Origin: Vitrella brassicaformis CCMP3155
Lineage: Eukaryota > Protista > Chromerida
Direction: 5' to 3'
NCBI GenBank assembly: GCA_001179505.1
Contig: CDMY01000412.1
Coordinates: 1 to 64,000, forward strand
Length of the DNA stretch: 64,000 bases
The position numbers were made by a program, and so were the translations under genes. Of this stretch, positions 47,488 through 60,261 are shown one piece after another. Each line of letters begins with the position of its first letter. Within the stretch, counting starts at the first letter, position 1. Under the pieces are notes generated by a model that saw only the letters and a list, made by a program, of their open reading frames with translations, had not been told where the DNA came from and searched no databases.

Positions 47488-50400
47488 TTAATCCCGGTGT
47501 CCCTGATTGTATACGTGCACCGCACTCTTGGCCTTGGCGCGACACACGGGGTAGGTCAGCACCTTCTTCTTGTCCTTCTTGGCCGTATCCTTCATTCGCT
47601 CCAAGCACCCTGCACACGCCACACATGTGCATACACGACACTGTTCATTGATCGACCCCCATACGCACATACGTACGTACCCTTGCAGAGGCACTGGTGT
47701 CCGCACGGCACGAGTGCAATGTCATTCGGCTCCGCCAAACACACCACACACGTCGTGATGGTTTTGTCCTTTCCGCCGCCTTCGGCGTGCTTGGCCCGTT
47801 CCTCCTTTAGCTGTGCCTGCATGTCAGCGATCATCTTGGCGGCGGCCTCCTTCTCTTTGCGCAGCTGCTCGGCCGCCTCTCTGTCTTTTGCCTCCTTTGC
47901 TGCGGCGAGGCGGCCCTCCACATCTTTCTGGTAGGACTCGTCTCGCAGCTTCATCAGGTGCTCGTTGGACTGGTCCCTGAGCTGCTTCAGGCGATCCGAC
48001 TCACTCTTGGCAGACTGCTGGAACTGCATGACGGCGGGAATTGACGTGAGGCCGTCAAGCTTCTCCTTGGTCAGCCTGAGGAGAACACACAGGCAGGTAG
48101 GCAGGCAGATAGACAGTGTTGATAAGTCTTCTCACCGATCTGCGTCGCGTTGCCTGAGGTCTTCGTTGTCGTCAATGAGGCCTTGCAGCCTGCTCCTGTA
48201 TGCGGCCCTCTTGGCCTCGGCCTCGCTAACCGACACGATCAACCTGAAACAAACCAGACACGCATACAGAGACATACGTACGATTGTGCGTTCCATCTGT
48301 GAGTGTGTTCGGTGCCGTCTTACTCATGGATAACGGTGTGCACGTCCTCCATGTGTTCTTTAGCCATGGCGATTTTTGCAGCAATGTCGCACTCGGAACG
48401 GTCCAGCTCGTCCAGCCATACACGCTCTGTAGCAGCAGCAGCAGATGGCGGAGGGCTGCAGACATGCCATCACACATATGCAGACGTACGCAAGGGCCGC
48501 ATGCCTTGTCTGCTGCCGCCCACCTGTCGCTCCTTGGGGGCATGGCGGGAGGGGGAATGGGAGTTGGGGCTCGGTCATCACTCGAAGGCGCGGTTGGCTG
48601 CCCTCCGCTGGCGGCCTGTGAGAGCTCCATCAGCCGCTGCGACACGTCTGAGGTCATGAGTTGGCGCAGCTCCGTGTCGCGCATGTCGATGGAGCCCTGG
48701 AACCGCCGCACATCGTCTGCTGTGGCCTTCAACGCAAGCTCATCCTCACTCAAACTGATATACACACAAAGGGCAGACAAGGAGAAATAATAGAAACACA
48801 GATTTAGGCGCACACGTGTTCCTGCCTGCCTGCCTGCCTGCCTGCCTACACGGGATTGGCCTCGCGCAGTCTGTCGTTTTCGTCCGTGAGCTGTGCCTCT
48901 TGTGCCTCCATCTGGCCGAGCAACTCCAGGACGTGACGCAGAGAAGCTTCCAAACTGACGAGCAACAACAGGGCAAGACACACAAAAGCGTCCTTCACAT
49001 GGAAGAGCACGTTGGCTGTGCTGCGCACCCTGTCTTCTGCTCCTCTGCAGCGGCGATCTGCCCCTTGAGCTGATCCAATTCCTCAGCCGCCTCCTGGAGC
49101 GATGCAGCGATGGCCATCTCAGCCTCACGTTCCTCGTCGGTTCTGCACACACACAAAACACGACGACACACACTCGAGTTGATACCAGTGATACATACTC
49201 ACAACCGTGTGGCGTGTGTCACCTGTGGTCTCTTTCCACTGTTGCTGCTGCTGGTGCTGCCGCTGCTTCCAGTGGTTCTCGATAGCGTGGCCCGCCCTCA
49301 AAGGACGACGGGATCTCCTCGAGACCGGCAGGCGGTGGAAGAGAGACCGAGGCTTCGAAAGATACTGCAGCAGTGGGGCTGTGGTCTTGGTCGTCGCTGG
49401 GTGGTGGTTCGCTTGCCGCCCCGTCCTCTTCCCCTTGCGCACTCCTGTCCGCTGTCGGCAGCCGGTCACCTTCAGACAGGTCTGCAGCCCTCTCGTTGCT
49501 TGGCTGAGGTGGACTTGCTGCGGGTGGCAGCAACTGCACAGATGACTGGAGCGTCTCGGTGTGGTGTGGTGCGGGTAGCGGATCTTCCCTCACCTCAACA
49601 TCACCACTGCTTCATACCACAGACAGAGAGACACAGTCGAATAATCTGTGGATGTTGTGAAGGCTGAATGACGTCTGACCTGTCGACAGGGGTGGTGGTA
49701 GCATATGACTCGACGGCCGATCCCTCGTGACGCCTCACGACCATGCCCCTTTTCCCTTTCCTCCTGCGTCGCCTTGCCTGTCTCGTCATCGACAGCTCGC
49801 CAGCCTCGTGCTCGTGCTCGTGCCCGGGGAAGATCTCACATAGGTCCACATGTGAGCAGATGTCAACGCGTCGCCGTCTCACTCCTTCCAGCACTTCGAT
49901 GAGGGCCTCCTCGCTCGCCGGATGCCCTGACTTCCGCAGCTGTCTGCTGTAGAACTCGACTGACATAAAGAAGCCATCGCTAAGATCCTCGGGGTCATTC
50001 GCATGACCCATGAACAAAGTGAGGCCTTCCCCCACTCCGAGCGGCCGACAGGCAAAGCCGACTCCGACGCACGACGATGGATCACTTGGCGGGTACCCCT
50101 CAACCAGCACACGAAATTCACGCAGCTGCTCCGCCATCTGAGGATAGAGCTCTCGGAACGACGCGTTTTCCGGCAAGTCCACGACCTCTCGACACGCATC
50201 AGCGAGAGCACGCGCCCGTGCAACCAGCCGCTCTCCCACGCCGCCGTCTTGCCATGCCTGGGGGCCCCTCCAGAAGCACACCGGCATGTCCACGACGATG
50301 AGTGGGCACCCCGATTCACGAAAGATGGTCAAGTCGGGTCCCACGCCATCTGCACACCTCCAGCCGAGACTCGCATGCCCGCAAACGATCCGAATGGGAT

Positions 50401-50940
50401 GTCCAATGTGCAGACAGGCCAGCTCGAGCGCCTTGCACAGGCCCTGAGGCGTGAGAGACTCCGCCCATGAGGCTGACCCAGCCAGAAGGGCCCATGAGCC
50501 TTGCACAAAACCGACTGTGTCCACGGGCCCTTCTGGCTGAGACCGCTTTTTGCAGACACCCAGCTGCGCGAAACTGATGACAGCGCTTGTAGGCAGGTGG
50601 GATGCGGCCTTGACCGAAGCCACCAGCGCCTTGGCCGCCTTTATTGCCTCTTTGAGGAGCTGCTCCTCGATCGGCCGGGCGGTGTTGTCGCGTGGCTGCG
50701 GTGTCGGAAGCGGCGATGATGGGGGCACGACGAGAGCAGACGACGAGCGTGCCGCACTATCGGACTGGGGCAGATGACACTCTGAAGGCATACAAGAAAG
50801 CGTGGACTAAGTGATTGTACGCCCTTCGCCCACCTTCGTCAAGTCGGTGATCTTGAGATAGCTGAGTGTCAGTCTCAGCACCCTCTGGTACTCGGTCAGG
50901 TGCCTGAGCGGCATTTGACTCACAATTGCTCGCACGAGAG
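47488..50940 (-). CDS. Large protein with unknown globular domain, coiled coil and C-terminal RING-HC (C3HC4_3-like) finger
   Basis: The 396-aa ORF at 49601-50791 is followed by coiled-coil exons and then TCVVCLAEPNDIALVPCGHQCLCK|ACLERMK...LTYPVCRAK. Confidence 0.75.
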
Positions 50941-51098
50941 AGCTGCCGAAAGAAATAAATGGACACCAACCATGAAGATATGTGACGATGAATGAAGGGA
51001 TGGTGATACGTACATGAGTATTGACGGGGCCGCCATCATGGCCACAGCAGCCGCAGTGGGCGGTTGTCGATGCTGGGTGGCTCGTTGATGCTGCTTCG

Positions 51099-54000
51099 TC
51101 ACGATCTGCAGGCGTTGCTTCTGGTGTGTCTGCATTCGGCTTCCTTTGCGGAACGCGAGCCATACGTGTTACTCCGTCGCACCCATGAAATGGGACAACA
51201 GAAAAGCCTGCATGTCAGAGAGAGGAGCAACGACACCGATAAACCCTCCCCCTCTGCCTCTCTCCTCATTCGCGTGCACACACCTTGTTGTGATTCATCG
51301 CTGGGCAGACTGAAGTGCCCGGTGGCATCATGCCGTTTGCCTTCCAAATCCATGCAGAGAGGGTTGGCCCAGCCAGCCACCAGATTGCAAAACGAAAACA
51401 CCGTCTTGTTCTCGATCAGCATGCCCCTTTCGAGCCCTTGGCAAAGCAACAGCTTCATCATCATGCTCATCGCCGTCGACACGTCGGGAAGAGCGATAGA
51501 CGCACTCCACACAGAGGGACGGCTCATGTCGCCGAAGCGACATGCGGCTGCAGGACGATCCCGACGCGCTCACAGCCAGGCACGGACGAGGCCTCCGATA
51601 TCGCCCTGAGGTGCCGCAAGGCGAAACAAGCTGTCGAAGGCACCTCCCTCGTGTATTGCAACTGAGTGCCGTTGAGCATTTTCAGCTGGTTGCGCTGTAA
51701 AAGGCTCGTACACCGAGACATTCCCTCGCAAATAAACCGGACTGACCACACACACACACACACACACACACAACGCATAGACGTCTGTCTGTCTGTCTGC
51801 ATTTGTACAGCTGCTCGCTCTAGAGTGGACCCATCGGGCGCCGCAGCGGTCGGTGCAGAAGGAGACCGTCCCCTCTCTTGCACGCCTTGAAAGAAATTCG
51901 CCCCATCTGCATGGTAAGCAACTGTTGAGAAGTCTCTTCCTACTGTGCCGTGCAGCTTGCTTACCATGCACGCCGCGCATATATTGCTGCATCTTCTTAG
52001 GAATTTCTCGACCCAAAGACGTGCTCCGCTGCGCCGAGTTCGCCCACTCGGCCGACGACATCACACCATCGACAAAGCCCCTCCCTGCCGATATCGCCTC
52101 CTGAAGCTTCTCGTCTGTCAGATCGGTCGCCCACTGTGTGTGCTGAAAGCACTGAGCCTCGAAGACGAAGCCGATGACGTCCACACACACCCCATCGATA
52201 GACGCCTTCGTAGCCACACTGACTTGGACCGCGTCGCCCCTGCCCTGCCTCGCCAGTGCCTCCTTTTCTGACTTGGTAATCGCCTTGGCCCTGAGCAGCG
52301 CATGCTTGACCGCTGGCAAGGGCTGTTGCGAGTCGAGGGCGGCTGTACTTGCTGACTGTTCGATGATGGGTACAGAGAAGATAGGATCATCCGGAGTTGC
52401 GATTGGGAGCTGCTGTGGATGACTGTTGGTCTCATCGATGAACTCGAAGGTCAGGAAGCTCCCCTTTGGTATCGCCTCGTTGCTGAAGAGGCACACAGTA
52501 GGGGCAGTCGGGGCTGCAGTGGATGGACTTTGGAGAACAACCTGAAATACAATCAGCAGTCACTTGATAGAAGGTGGGTCAAGCTTCCTTACAACGCACC
52601 TTGGCTGTCAGGTTTGGTTTGTCTGACCGCGTAAGGAAGCGTGCTGCATTGCCGAAGTATGTGGTGTCAATAGCATGGCCGATTTCGCCGAGACTGACGC
52701 ACGGGAAGACAGGCAGTCGCTTTTGCACACGCTGTTCGACTCGACCTCGTAGCTGAGAGGTGGCGATCAGCTCGCCAGCAAGCTGCATCACAAAGACGCC
52801 TGCCGGAATCACTTCCTAGACCACAAGATGGCACAAAAAGGGTTTGCTCACATGTATGACAGCCTTGTGCTCCTCACTTGAGCAATGAGCGAATATCGTT
52901 CATCATCTCCTCCCCTTTCCACAGCAACACGCCAATGTACTCCGGGAAGGAAATGTAAACTATTAGTACGCATACAAAACGACATGCACCCATACTCGCG
53001 GTGTGATTGTTTTGTTGCTCACTCAGCAGGGTACTGCTCCGTGTTTCCTGCCGTCGGCAGCTTCGTGAAGGCAATGGACTCCTTGGCGTATGTGAACGAT
53101 ATGTCCTGTTCGAAGAAGGGCCTGTGTCTGCATCCAAGGAGAGGAATCGCCATATCTTCTTGTCCCTGAGAGATTATGTAATCTCAATGAGCAAACCAGG
53201 CATTACACAGATATCAACAAGAAGCGAACCTGAGAGATGTCTTGATCGATATTCCAATCCACAAGCGGCTCCGAAAGCAGAAGCGACACGCTTGCAGGGG
53301 GCTATGTTGGTCGACGCCGTCCTCTGGTGGCTCCAAAGGAAGGTACGCATTGACAAGCTTGCCACGCATACTTGTGGGGATGGGCAGAATGCGAACGCTG
53401 TCATCCATGGCCAGATGGAGCTGGAACGGAAAATGCAGCTCCTGAAAGAAATACAAAACCAAGCGGATCCGTCTCTCATCCGATATGATCTCGTCTCATT
53501 CCCTCAGTCTCACTGGACGGGGATAGAAACGGTGCTCCATTTGCTGTCTCTCGCGCCACTCCCTGAGCCGCTCATGACTGCTCTCCAATAGGCAGTCAAA
53601 AAGGGCTTTGAAGCACAGAAAGCCACCACCAGAAGTTGACAGCTCGTGAAAACACCCATCGAGCGGCGATGCGACGACCACTCGATGCGGCCGTCCAGAC
53701 GTGCATCGATGCTGCTCCTGGCTCTTGGCGAGATCCAGGACGAAGGGTGGTGATTCGGGTGATGGCATGCGGTCGTCATTGACTGCAGCAATATAACCAT
53801 ATTGTGTGGTATTGTTTTCTTGTGTGGGACGTGTGTGTCACCTGGAGGTCTCCAACCGGAATCGTTAGGCAAAAAAGACAGAACGAACTTCCAGCAGCCC
53901 TTGCCGGAATGGTCGGATGTCCTGAAGGCGTCCTCAACGCAATAGTGACCATCATATCGAAAGCCATACCTGCAATACGAAGAGAAGAGACAAGCACTCG

Positions 54001-54910
54001 CATTTGATGCTTCTGTTGCTCATGTATTCCCTATTGCTCTCTCACCTCGGTGCAACCTCTGAGCGCGTCTCGAAGCATCGGATGACCCTCACGTGCATGC
54101 CGCTCACGAACGAATGCAGCATAGGTTGAGCATGTACATCCCTGCCGTCTGCATCGTCCCTCACTGCATAAAGGATGCGGTCTCCCTTGTCGTCGTGACC
54201 ATCATCATTGACCAAGACACACGTGCATATCTTGATCATGGTGTCGCCGAAACGAACACTGACGACTCCATCCTCTTTGTTGGTAACGCCCGTCAGCCGG
54301 AAAATGTGTGGGAATGAGAAGATGGTGCCGGGGGCAACACCCACTGTATGGTAAGGGGCGGGCTTCACGCGAGGCATGAGAGGGTCCAGCCACTGTGCGA
54401 TCTTCTCCTCAACGCTGTCTGCAGCTGCCTCCACTGAGCTGAGGTCGCTGAGGTCAGGGCAGCTCGCCAGCTCTCGCATAAACTTGCTCTCGATGAATGG
54501 CACTCTTGCCTCTTTGGAGAGAAGCATGTAGCGGTCGAACTCCTCACCCATCAGCACTGAGCCTGCATGGAACAGCAAAGCTGAAGATCTGTAACAAGTC
54601 GTCGATTCCCTTCCCTACCTGAATCTGAATCGATGTCCGTCTCCTCGAGAGGGAGATCAGGTCGAGTGGCCTCATCAGCATGATCATTGGTTCTCTCGCA
54701 GTCATCCACGGTGTCGTTTGCTTCACATAAAGGGCCCGGCTGAGAGGCGGACGGCCTTCTTGAATCAGCCCCATCGCGTGCAGCTCCTGACTGATCCTCA
54801 CGTGACTCATCGCGTGCACCTGCGAGCTTTTTTTTGCATTTACGCTCGTACAGAAGATCCGTTGATCCCGGATTCTTTCCCCCGGATTCGCTCTTCAAGT
54901 TTCGTGTCAT
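51099..54910 (-). CDS. Uncharacterised coding exons, either the 5' part of the RING gene or a separate gene
   Basis: Long protein-like ORFs at 51570-52496, 52579-52812, 53214-53462, 53496-53768 and 54042-54578, with plausible GT-AG junctions. No recognisable domain. Confidence 0.55.
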
Positions 54911-54919
54911 ATCACGACC

Positions 54920-55701
54920 ATGATGAAGCTATCTGCTGTCTGCCTGCTGTGTGTGGCGGCCCTCGTGTCCGCTGCTGCCGAGTCGCATCCCTTGTCGGTC
55001 GTTGAGGGTTCACACCACTTTCTGGAGATGAAGAGGGACCTGCAGGACCGTGTGCCCATGCCCATGCCCATGCCGAAACCTCAGCCTGAAGATGACGGCA
55101 AGGAGGTACGCAGGACAGAAAGGAGGGCCAGCAAACTGCTGTTGTGTCGCGGGATGGGACCACTGTGTGTGTGTGTGTTTGTGTCAGATGAAGAGGGACC
55201 TGCAGGACCGTGTGCCGATGCCCGTGCCGAGGCCTGAGCCTGAAGATGACGGCAAGGAGGTAGGCGGAGGGAGCCAGCAAACTGCTGCTGTGTCGGCCGA
55301 ATGAGACCACTCTCTGTGTGTGTGTGTGTGTGTGCCTGCGTGTGGCAGAGTGGCGGTCCCGCCCGTGCGCTCCAGGAGCCTGACAACAAGCCCCTGCCGG
55401 AGCCCAAGCCCAAGCCCGTCGAGGCAGCCCCCGAGGGCGTCTTCCAGCCCATGCCCGTTCCCATTCCCGACGTGAGAGAGTGATGACACGCACAGAGAGC
55501 CACGCTGTCACTTGACCTCTGCCTTGTGTGTGATATGATCAGGGCCGCCTTCGCGGGCTGAAAAAGCTCAAGGAGGCCGGTGAGCCCAGAGAGGACCACA
55601 TACACATTTTGTGCTCATTCCATTCGTCTCTGTATGTGTTTTCAGATGTCCCTCGCCAGGATGAGGATGATCCCATGCCCAAGCCCTGCCCCGGCTGCTA
55701 G
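54920..55701 (+). CDS. Secreted Pro-rich repeat protein resembling a prepro-peptide precursor (5 exons)
   Basis: Signal MMKLSAVCLLCVAALVSAAA. Two repeats MKR-DLQDRVPMP(M/V)P..P.PEDDGKE, then EPKPKP, RGLKK and a terminal PMPKPCPGC-stop. All splice phases are compatible. Confidence 0.8.
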
Positions 55702-57010
55702 TCAAGACGGGTAGGGGGATGCACACGTAATGGGACAAGAGGGTTTGTTGCTTGTGGATAGATCGGTAGCCTGGCCGTCAATGTTTGTGGGATGGCAGGG
55801 CCATGCCTGGCTTGGCTCTCACCCTTCTTTGTCTGTCGGCATGACATGTGTGGATAACCACGTTGGGTTGCATCGGTGTGATGCGTGTTGCTCAACTGGC
55901 TGGGAGCTTTGCATCTTCTCAGCCTAATTAGTCAGTCAGCCACACACGAGAGGGAGGAGATGTCCAGTCCACAGGCACGTCAGGGCAGGGCAGCACATGT
56001 CGATCGGCATTATTTATCTTTACTTAGTGTGGCTCCATTCCATTTATACGAATATGTACATGCAGTGCAGTACATGGCTCTGTGTCTCTAGTTGCGTGTC
56101 CGCCTGCCTCCCTGCCTCCCTCCCTGCCTGTCTTGTGTGATACAAATGGCATCGCCTGTGTACATGTGTGTGTACGTGTGCATAAGCAAACCTGCACGTG
56201 TACCGTCGCTGCCCTGCGAGTTGTGTGTGGGTGTGTGTGCTGCTGGCGTGCCTGGGGAATGGGTGGATGGGGGCGTTTCCGTCGATATGGACTGACTTGT
56301 TTTTAAGTCGAGGTGACATCTGTAAGGTGGGTGGTATTTGATGAGAGCGGAGCGGCAACATCGTAGCCAATGGGCTATTTCTGTGCGTGGTATCCAACCC
56401 AGTTAGCCTGCCCCCCTCGTTTCGTTGTCGATAACCATGGATACCAATCTAGATGCCCCATGTCTACGGATGCGCATGAGGGCAACGGGGGAAGCGAAAA
56501 GCACATGATGTGCATCTTCGGTACGTACACCGTGTCGTCGGCTGGGTGTTTCCCCCAGCGACTGACTGACAAAGTCGCTGGGGGGTGGCGGAATGAATTT
56601 TCGTGAACTTTTGGTCAAGTGGAAAAGGGACATGTAGATAGCCGTCCGTCCATGTGCAGGTCTGTATGCTCGTCTCATGTGTGCGTGTTGTTTATAGTGA
56701 ATGAATGCGAGACTTTCTTATTTGCATCAAAGGACTTGTTTGCAGATTCAGCAGTGGGCATCGGCACGAACCATTGAGTGACAAGTATCGATGACATCGA
56801 GTCAGGTCGGACACGAATGTGCATGAGCTTCACTGTCAAACCACCACATCGCCCACACCCCGATCATTCAAACCGTCCATCTGCCAGCCCTTCTCACCCG
56901 GGGCACCCCCACATCTACATTCGTAGCTGGGGCTGCGTGTGGCCACACACAGAGAGGGAAGGCACGAAAAACCCCACGCACACGCACCAGATCGACCAGC
57001 TAGCCTGCCT

Positions 57011-59615
57011 CTATCTGTATGAAGTGACAATGTCCTTCAAGTTGTCGACAGTGATGGTCTTGGGTTTGGCCTCGGCCCATATGCGCGGCTCCGACACGCG
57101 CAGCCTCTCCGCGGCCGTCTCGGTGTCGTGTGTGGACGCCTCCCACGCTATCGCCTCGCCCACCTGCCGCATCTCGGTCCAGACCTTCTTGGCGTCGCCC
57201 ACCTGGATCTGAGGCACCACACTGCACTCACACACACACGCACACACACACACACACACAGACGAGGGATGGGTGAGGGATGATGGGTGTCGCTGCCTGG
57301 CCTGCTTACTCACGTGGTGAGTTTGTTGAGGAAGGCGTCTTCGGTGTATGTCTCGTCGTCATACACGATCATCATGGAGTCGGCGAAGCTCTTGTCGCGG
57401 CCATCACCTCCCGTTGTGCCCACCTCGGGAGTCAACTCCTCCTGCACACAACACACACACACACACACCCACACCCAGCACGATGCTTGCTGCTTGCAGG
57501 CAGCTCTTTCCTCTCCCTGCTCATTGTGTGGCGCAGCGCACCTCCTTGACTTCTTCTTTTCGCTCCTGCTGTTTGAAGGACGTCTGCATCTCCTTGAACT
57601 TGGTGGGGAGCTTCGTCTTCTGCCGCCCAATGGCCGCCCCGCCGCCTATCGACATGGATGGCTGGGATGTCTGCACGCACATGGGGAACAGAAATATACA
57701 TGTACCACCTACCCATGTGTAAACGGCGTGCGTGTATGCTGCGGTGTGGTACTTACCATCTCCCATTTGAGGTAGAGTGTGGTGGCGAGCTCGGGCTCCT
57801 CCACCTTCTCGCCTCGCTTGATGGCTGGATCAATGTTGATCAGACAGACAGACAGACAGACAGAGAGACAGACAGAGGGTCAGCCACACATTTTGCCGTT
57901 CCTTCCCTCCCTCCCCATCACACCCCATCGATGCATGCCCACTGATTGCTTACCGATTTCTTCCTGTATTCGTTTGAGGTTCTCCTTGGCCCTCTCGTTC
58001 TGCTGGCTGACGACCACCTGCTTCCTCTGGCGCTTGGTCATCATCTTCCACTGCGACAGCTCCTCATAACGAGACAAGTCTGCACACACAGACATGGGCG
58101 AAGATGTGGGTGGTTGCATGCTCATTCATTGTGTGGGTACGCGTCACGCTCACACGCACCTCTTGGTGGTGGGGGCTGTGCGCCCTCCTGCATCCACTCG
58201 TCATACATTTCCTGGATGCGGCCGATCAGTGCCGTCCGCCGGTAGGGCGCCTCAAACAGCGACTCTGCCATTCATGACACACACCCACACGCAGATGGAC
58301 GAGGGAAGATGCTTCATCGCCTCTCTAATGCCCTCCTGTTTCTTGGCTTACCGATGTTGTCTCGTGTTGGCCTCTCGTAGCTCGGGTCGGTGCTCATGAG
58401 CAGTGCCTCGTACATGGCCTCGTCAGCCGACAAAGGACGCTCAGCTATGCTAAACGCCTGAATGAGCCAACCACACACATACACGGAGGAACGTAGGCAT
58501 GTGGCCGCCCTCTTGCAATCGATGATACGCCGCGAATGAGAGTACCTCTCTGTTTGGGACAGTGTCAGGCTGGTCGATCCCTTCGTATATGGCCTGTGGG
58601 ATGGTCGGCAGGTCGTCGAGGATCCTGTAACGCTCCCACATTGACGGATCCCGAAACTCATCCAACTACACACACAACACACACAACACACACAATATGA
58701 GCGCATGCACGGTCTCTTTTGCACCCTCCCGCCGCCTGCTCACCGTGCCGCCGACTTGCTGCCTATCCAGCGCCATCGTCCGGATTTGTTTAAACTTCTG
58801 GTGGGCGATGCGCTCGAGCTTGTCGGCCTGCTTCTCCTCCCACACCTGATCGATCACGTCGTATCGGTACGACGGCTGCAGCTCATCTGCCTCCCCCTTG
58901 CTGCTCAAGGCCATCCGCAGCCGACGCGCCACCGCAGCTGACTCGAGGCAGTCCTGCTCCTCGGCGATGGACTCGATCTTGCCGATCAGACTCTCAACCT
59001 CACTATCGCCCGCCAGGCGTTCAAGGGCTGACGAGCTGCCCTTGGGGTCACGCAAGGCAGCCAAAAGCTCTTGCATCTTAGCTGCGTGGTCAGCACATAC
59101 ACAGGGATGGGCAGTGGAAGAGTGGTCGAGTCTCTGGGTGCCTGTGGGTCTGTACCGTCGTTGAGTATGTCCATTGTGTCGTCGACGGGCAGGACAGTGT
59201 ACTCTGGCGGCGCATCATAGTACAGCTGGGGGGAGGGGTGGTACCAGGTGGGCGTCCTGTTGATGTCAGACGGCGCCTTCTGAAACACACACACACACGA
59301 CCACACTCAGAAAGATGCGGCCGATGATCCGATGATGCATCATCTCCCACTGATCTACATGCATCTGCATGTGCTGCGCTGCCTGCTTGCCCCACCCACC
59401 TTCCTTGGTCTGAATTTGTTCTGCTTCTTGGCGCCCTTGAGCTGCACTCGTGACGACATCATGACTGTCGATGGAGGGCGGCCGGCATCTGCCCTCCTCC
59501 TCAGCGCAAGCGAGCGATCAAGGGCAAGACGGGTTGGGGAAAGCAGAAAGGCCGCCGAAGGCGCGACGAATGACGCGAGCGTCACCAGCGCCGCCGCCAT
59601 CGCCTGGATGGGCAT
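57011..59615 (-). CDS. Plastid-targeted protein with a large unknown N-terminal region and a divergent C-terminal ClpS-like domain
   Basis: Leader MPIQAMAAALVTLASFVAPSAAFLLSP (SAAF motif). The C-terminus MIVYDDETYTEDAFLNKLTT|VVPQIQVGDAKKVWTEMRQVGEAIAWEASTHDTETAAERLR follows the cyanobacterial ClpS pattern (VIVLNDD.NT....L....IPGM....A........G.AIVW......AE....L). Confidence 0.6.
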
Positions 59616-59780
59616 CTTCTCACAGATGGAGAGGGGCGGACGCCGCAGCGCTGTCACAGCCCGTCTGTGCTTCTGTTTTACCTCTTCTTTTCCTTTGGTC
59701 TGCTTGGCTTAGCTCGCAGATTAGCTCGCAAATTGTAAACTCAAATTCTGTGAATCAATTGATTGCAAGAAGACCAACAG

Positions 59781-60229
59781 ATGGAGGAAGCGCCGGTTCA
59801 TTTGGATGCGTCGGGTGTGCTGCGAGAGGTGGACGAGCTGCACGCCTCGTTCATCGCCGCCCGACGTCGGTGTGACGAGCTGCAGAAGCAGATCCGGGAG
59901 GGAGATGGGCGCCACAAAGATCTGCTCGCCATCATACAAGACAAAGACAAAGGCACGCCATTGACACACACACCACCGACACACTGCAGTGGCTGCTGAT
60001 TCACACCTCTCTTTTTCTCTCTCTCTGTGCGTGTGTGGATGTCAGAGCTGGGTGTGTTGTGTTCGTTGGCTGGTCGGGCGGATGCCGTGGAGGCGCACGA
60101 GAAGAGCTTCATCGAGACATCAGCGGCCCTCCACGATCAGCTCACTCAGAGGGACCGACAGATGGCCAACCTCAACAAACAACACGATGCACAAATCAAT
60201 GCACTCCAGCAGCAACACAACAAGAAGGT

Positions 60230-60261
<32 letters not shown>

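Noticed and set aside
53007-53591. 194-aa plus-strand ORF
   Set aside because: It overlaps minus-strand exons that have good splice sites and continue a coherent gene, so it is probably an antisense shadow.
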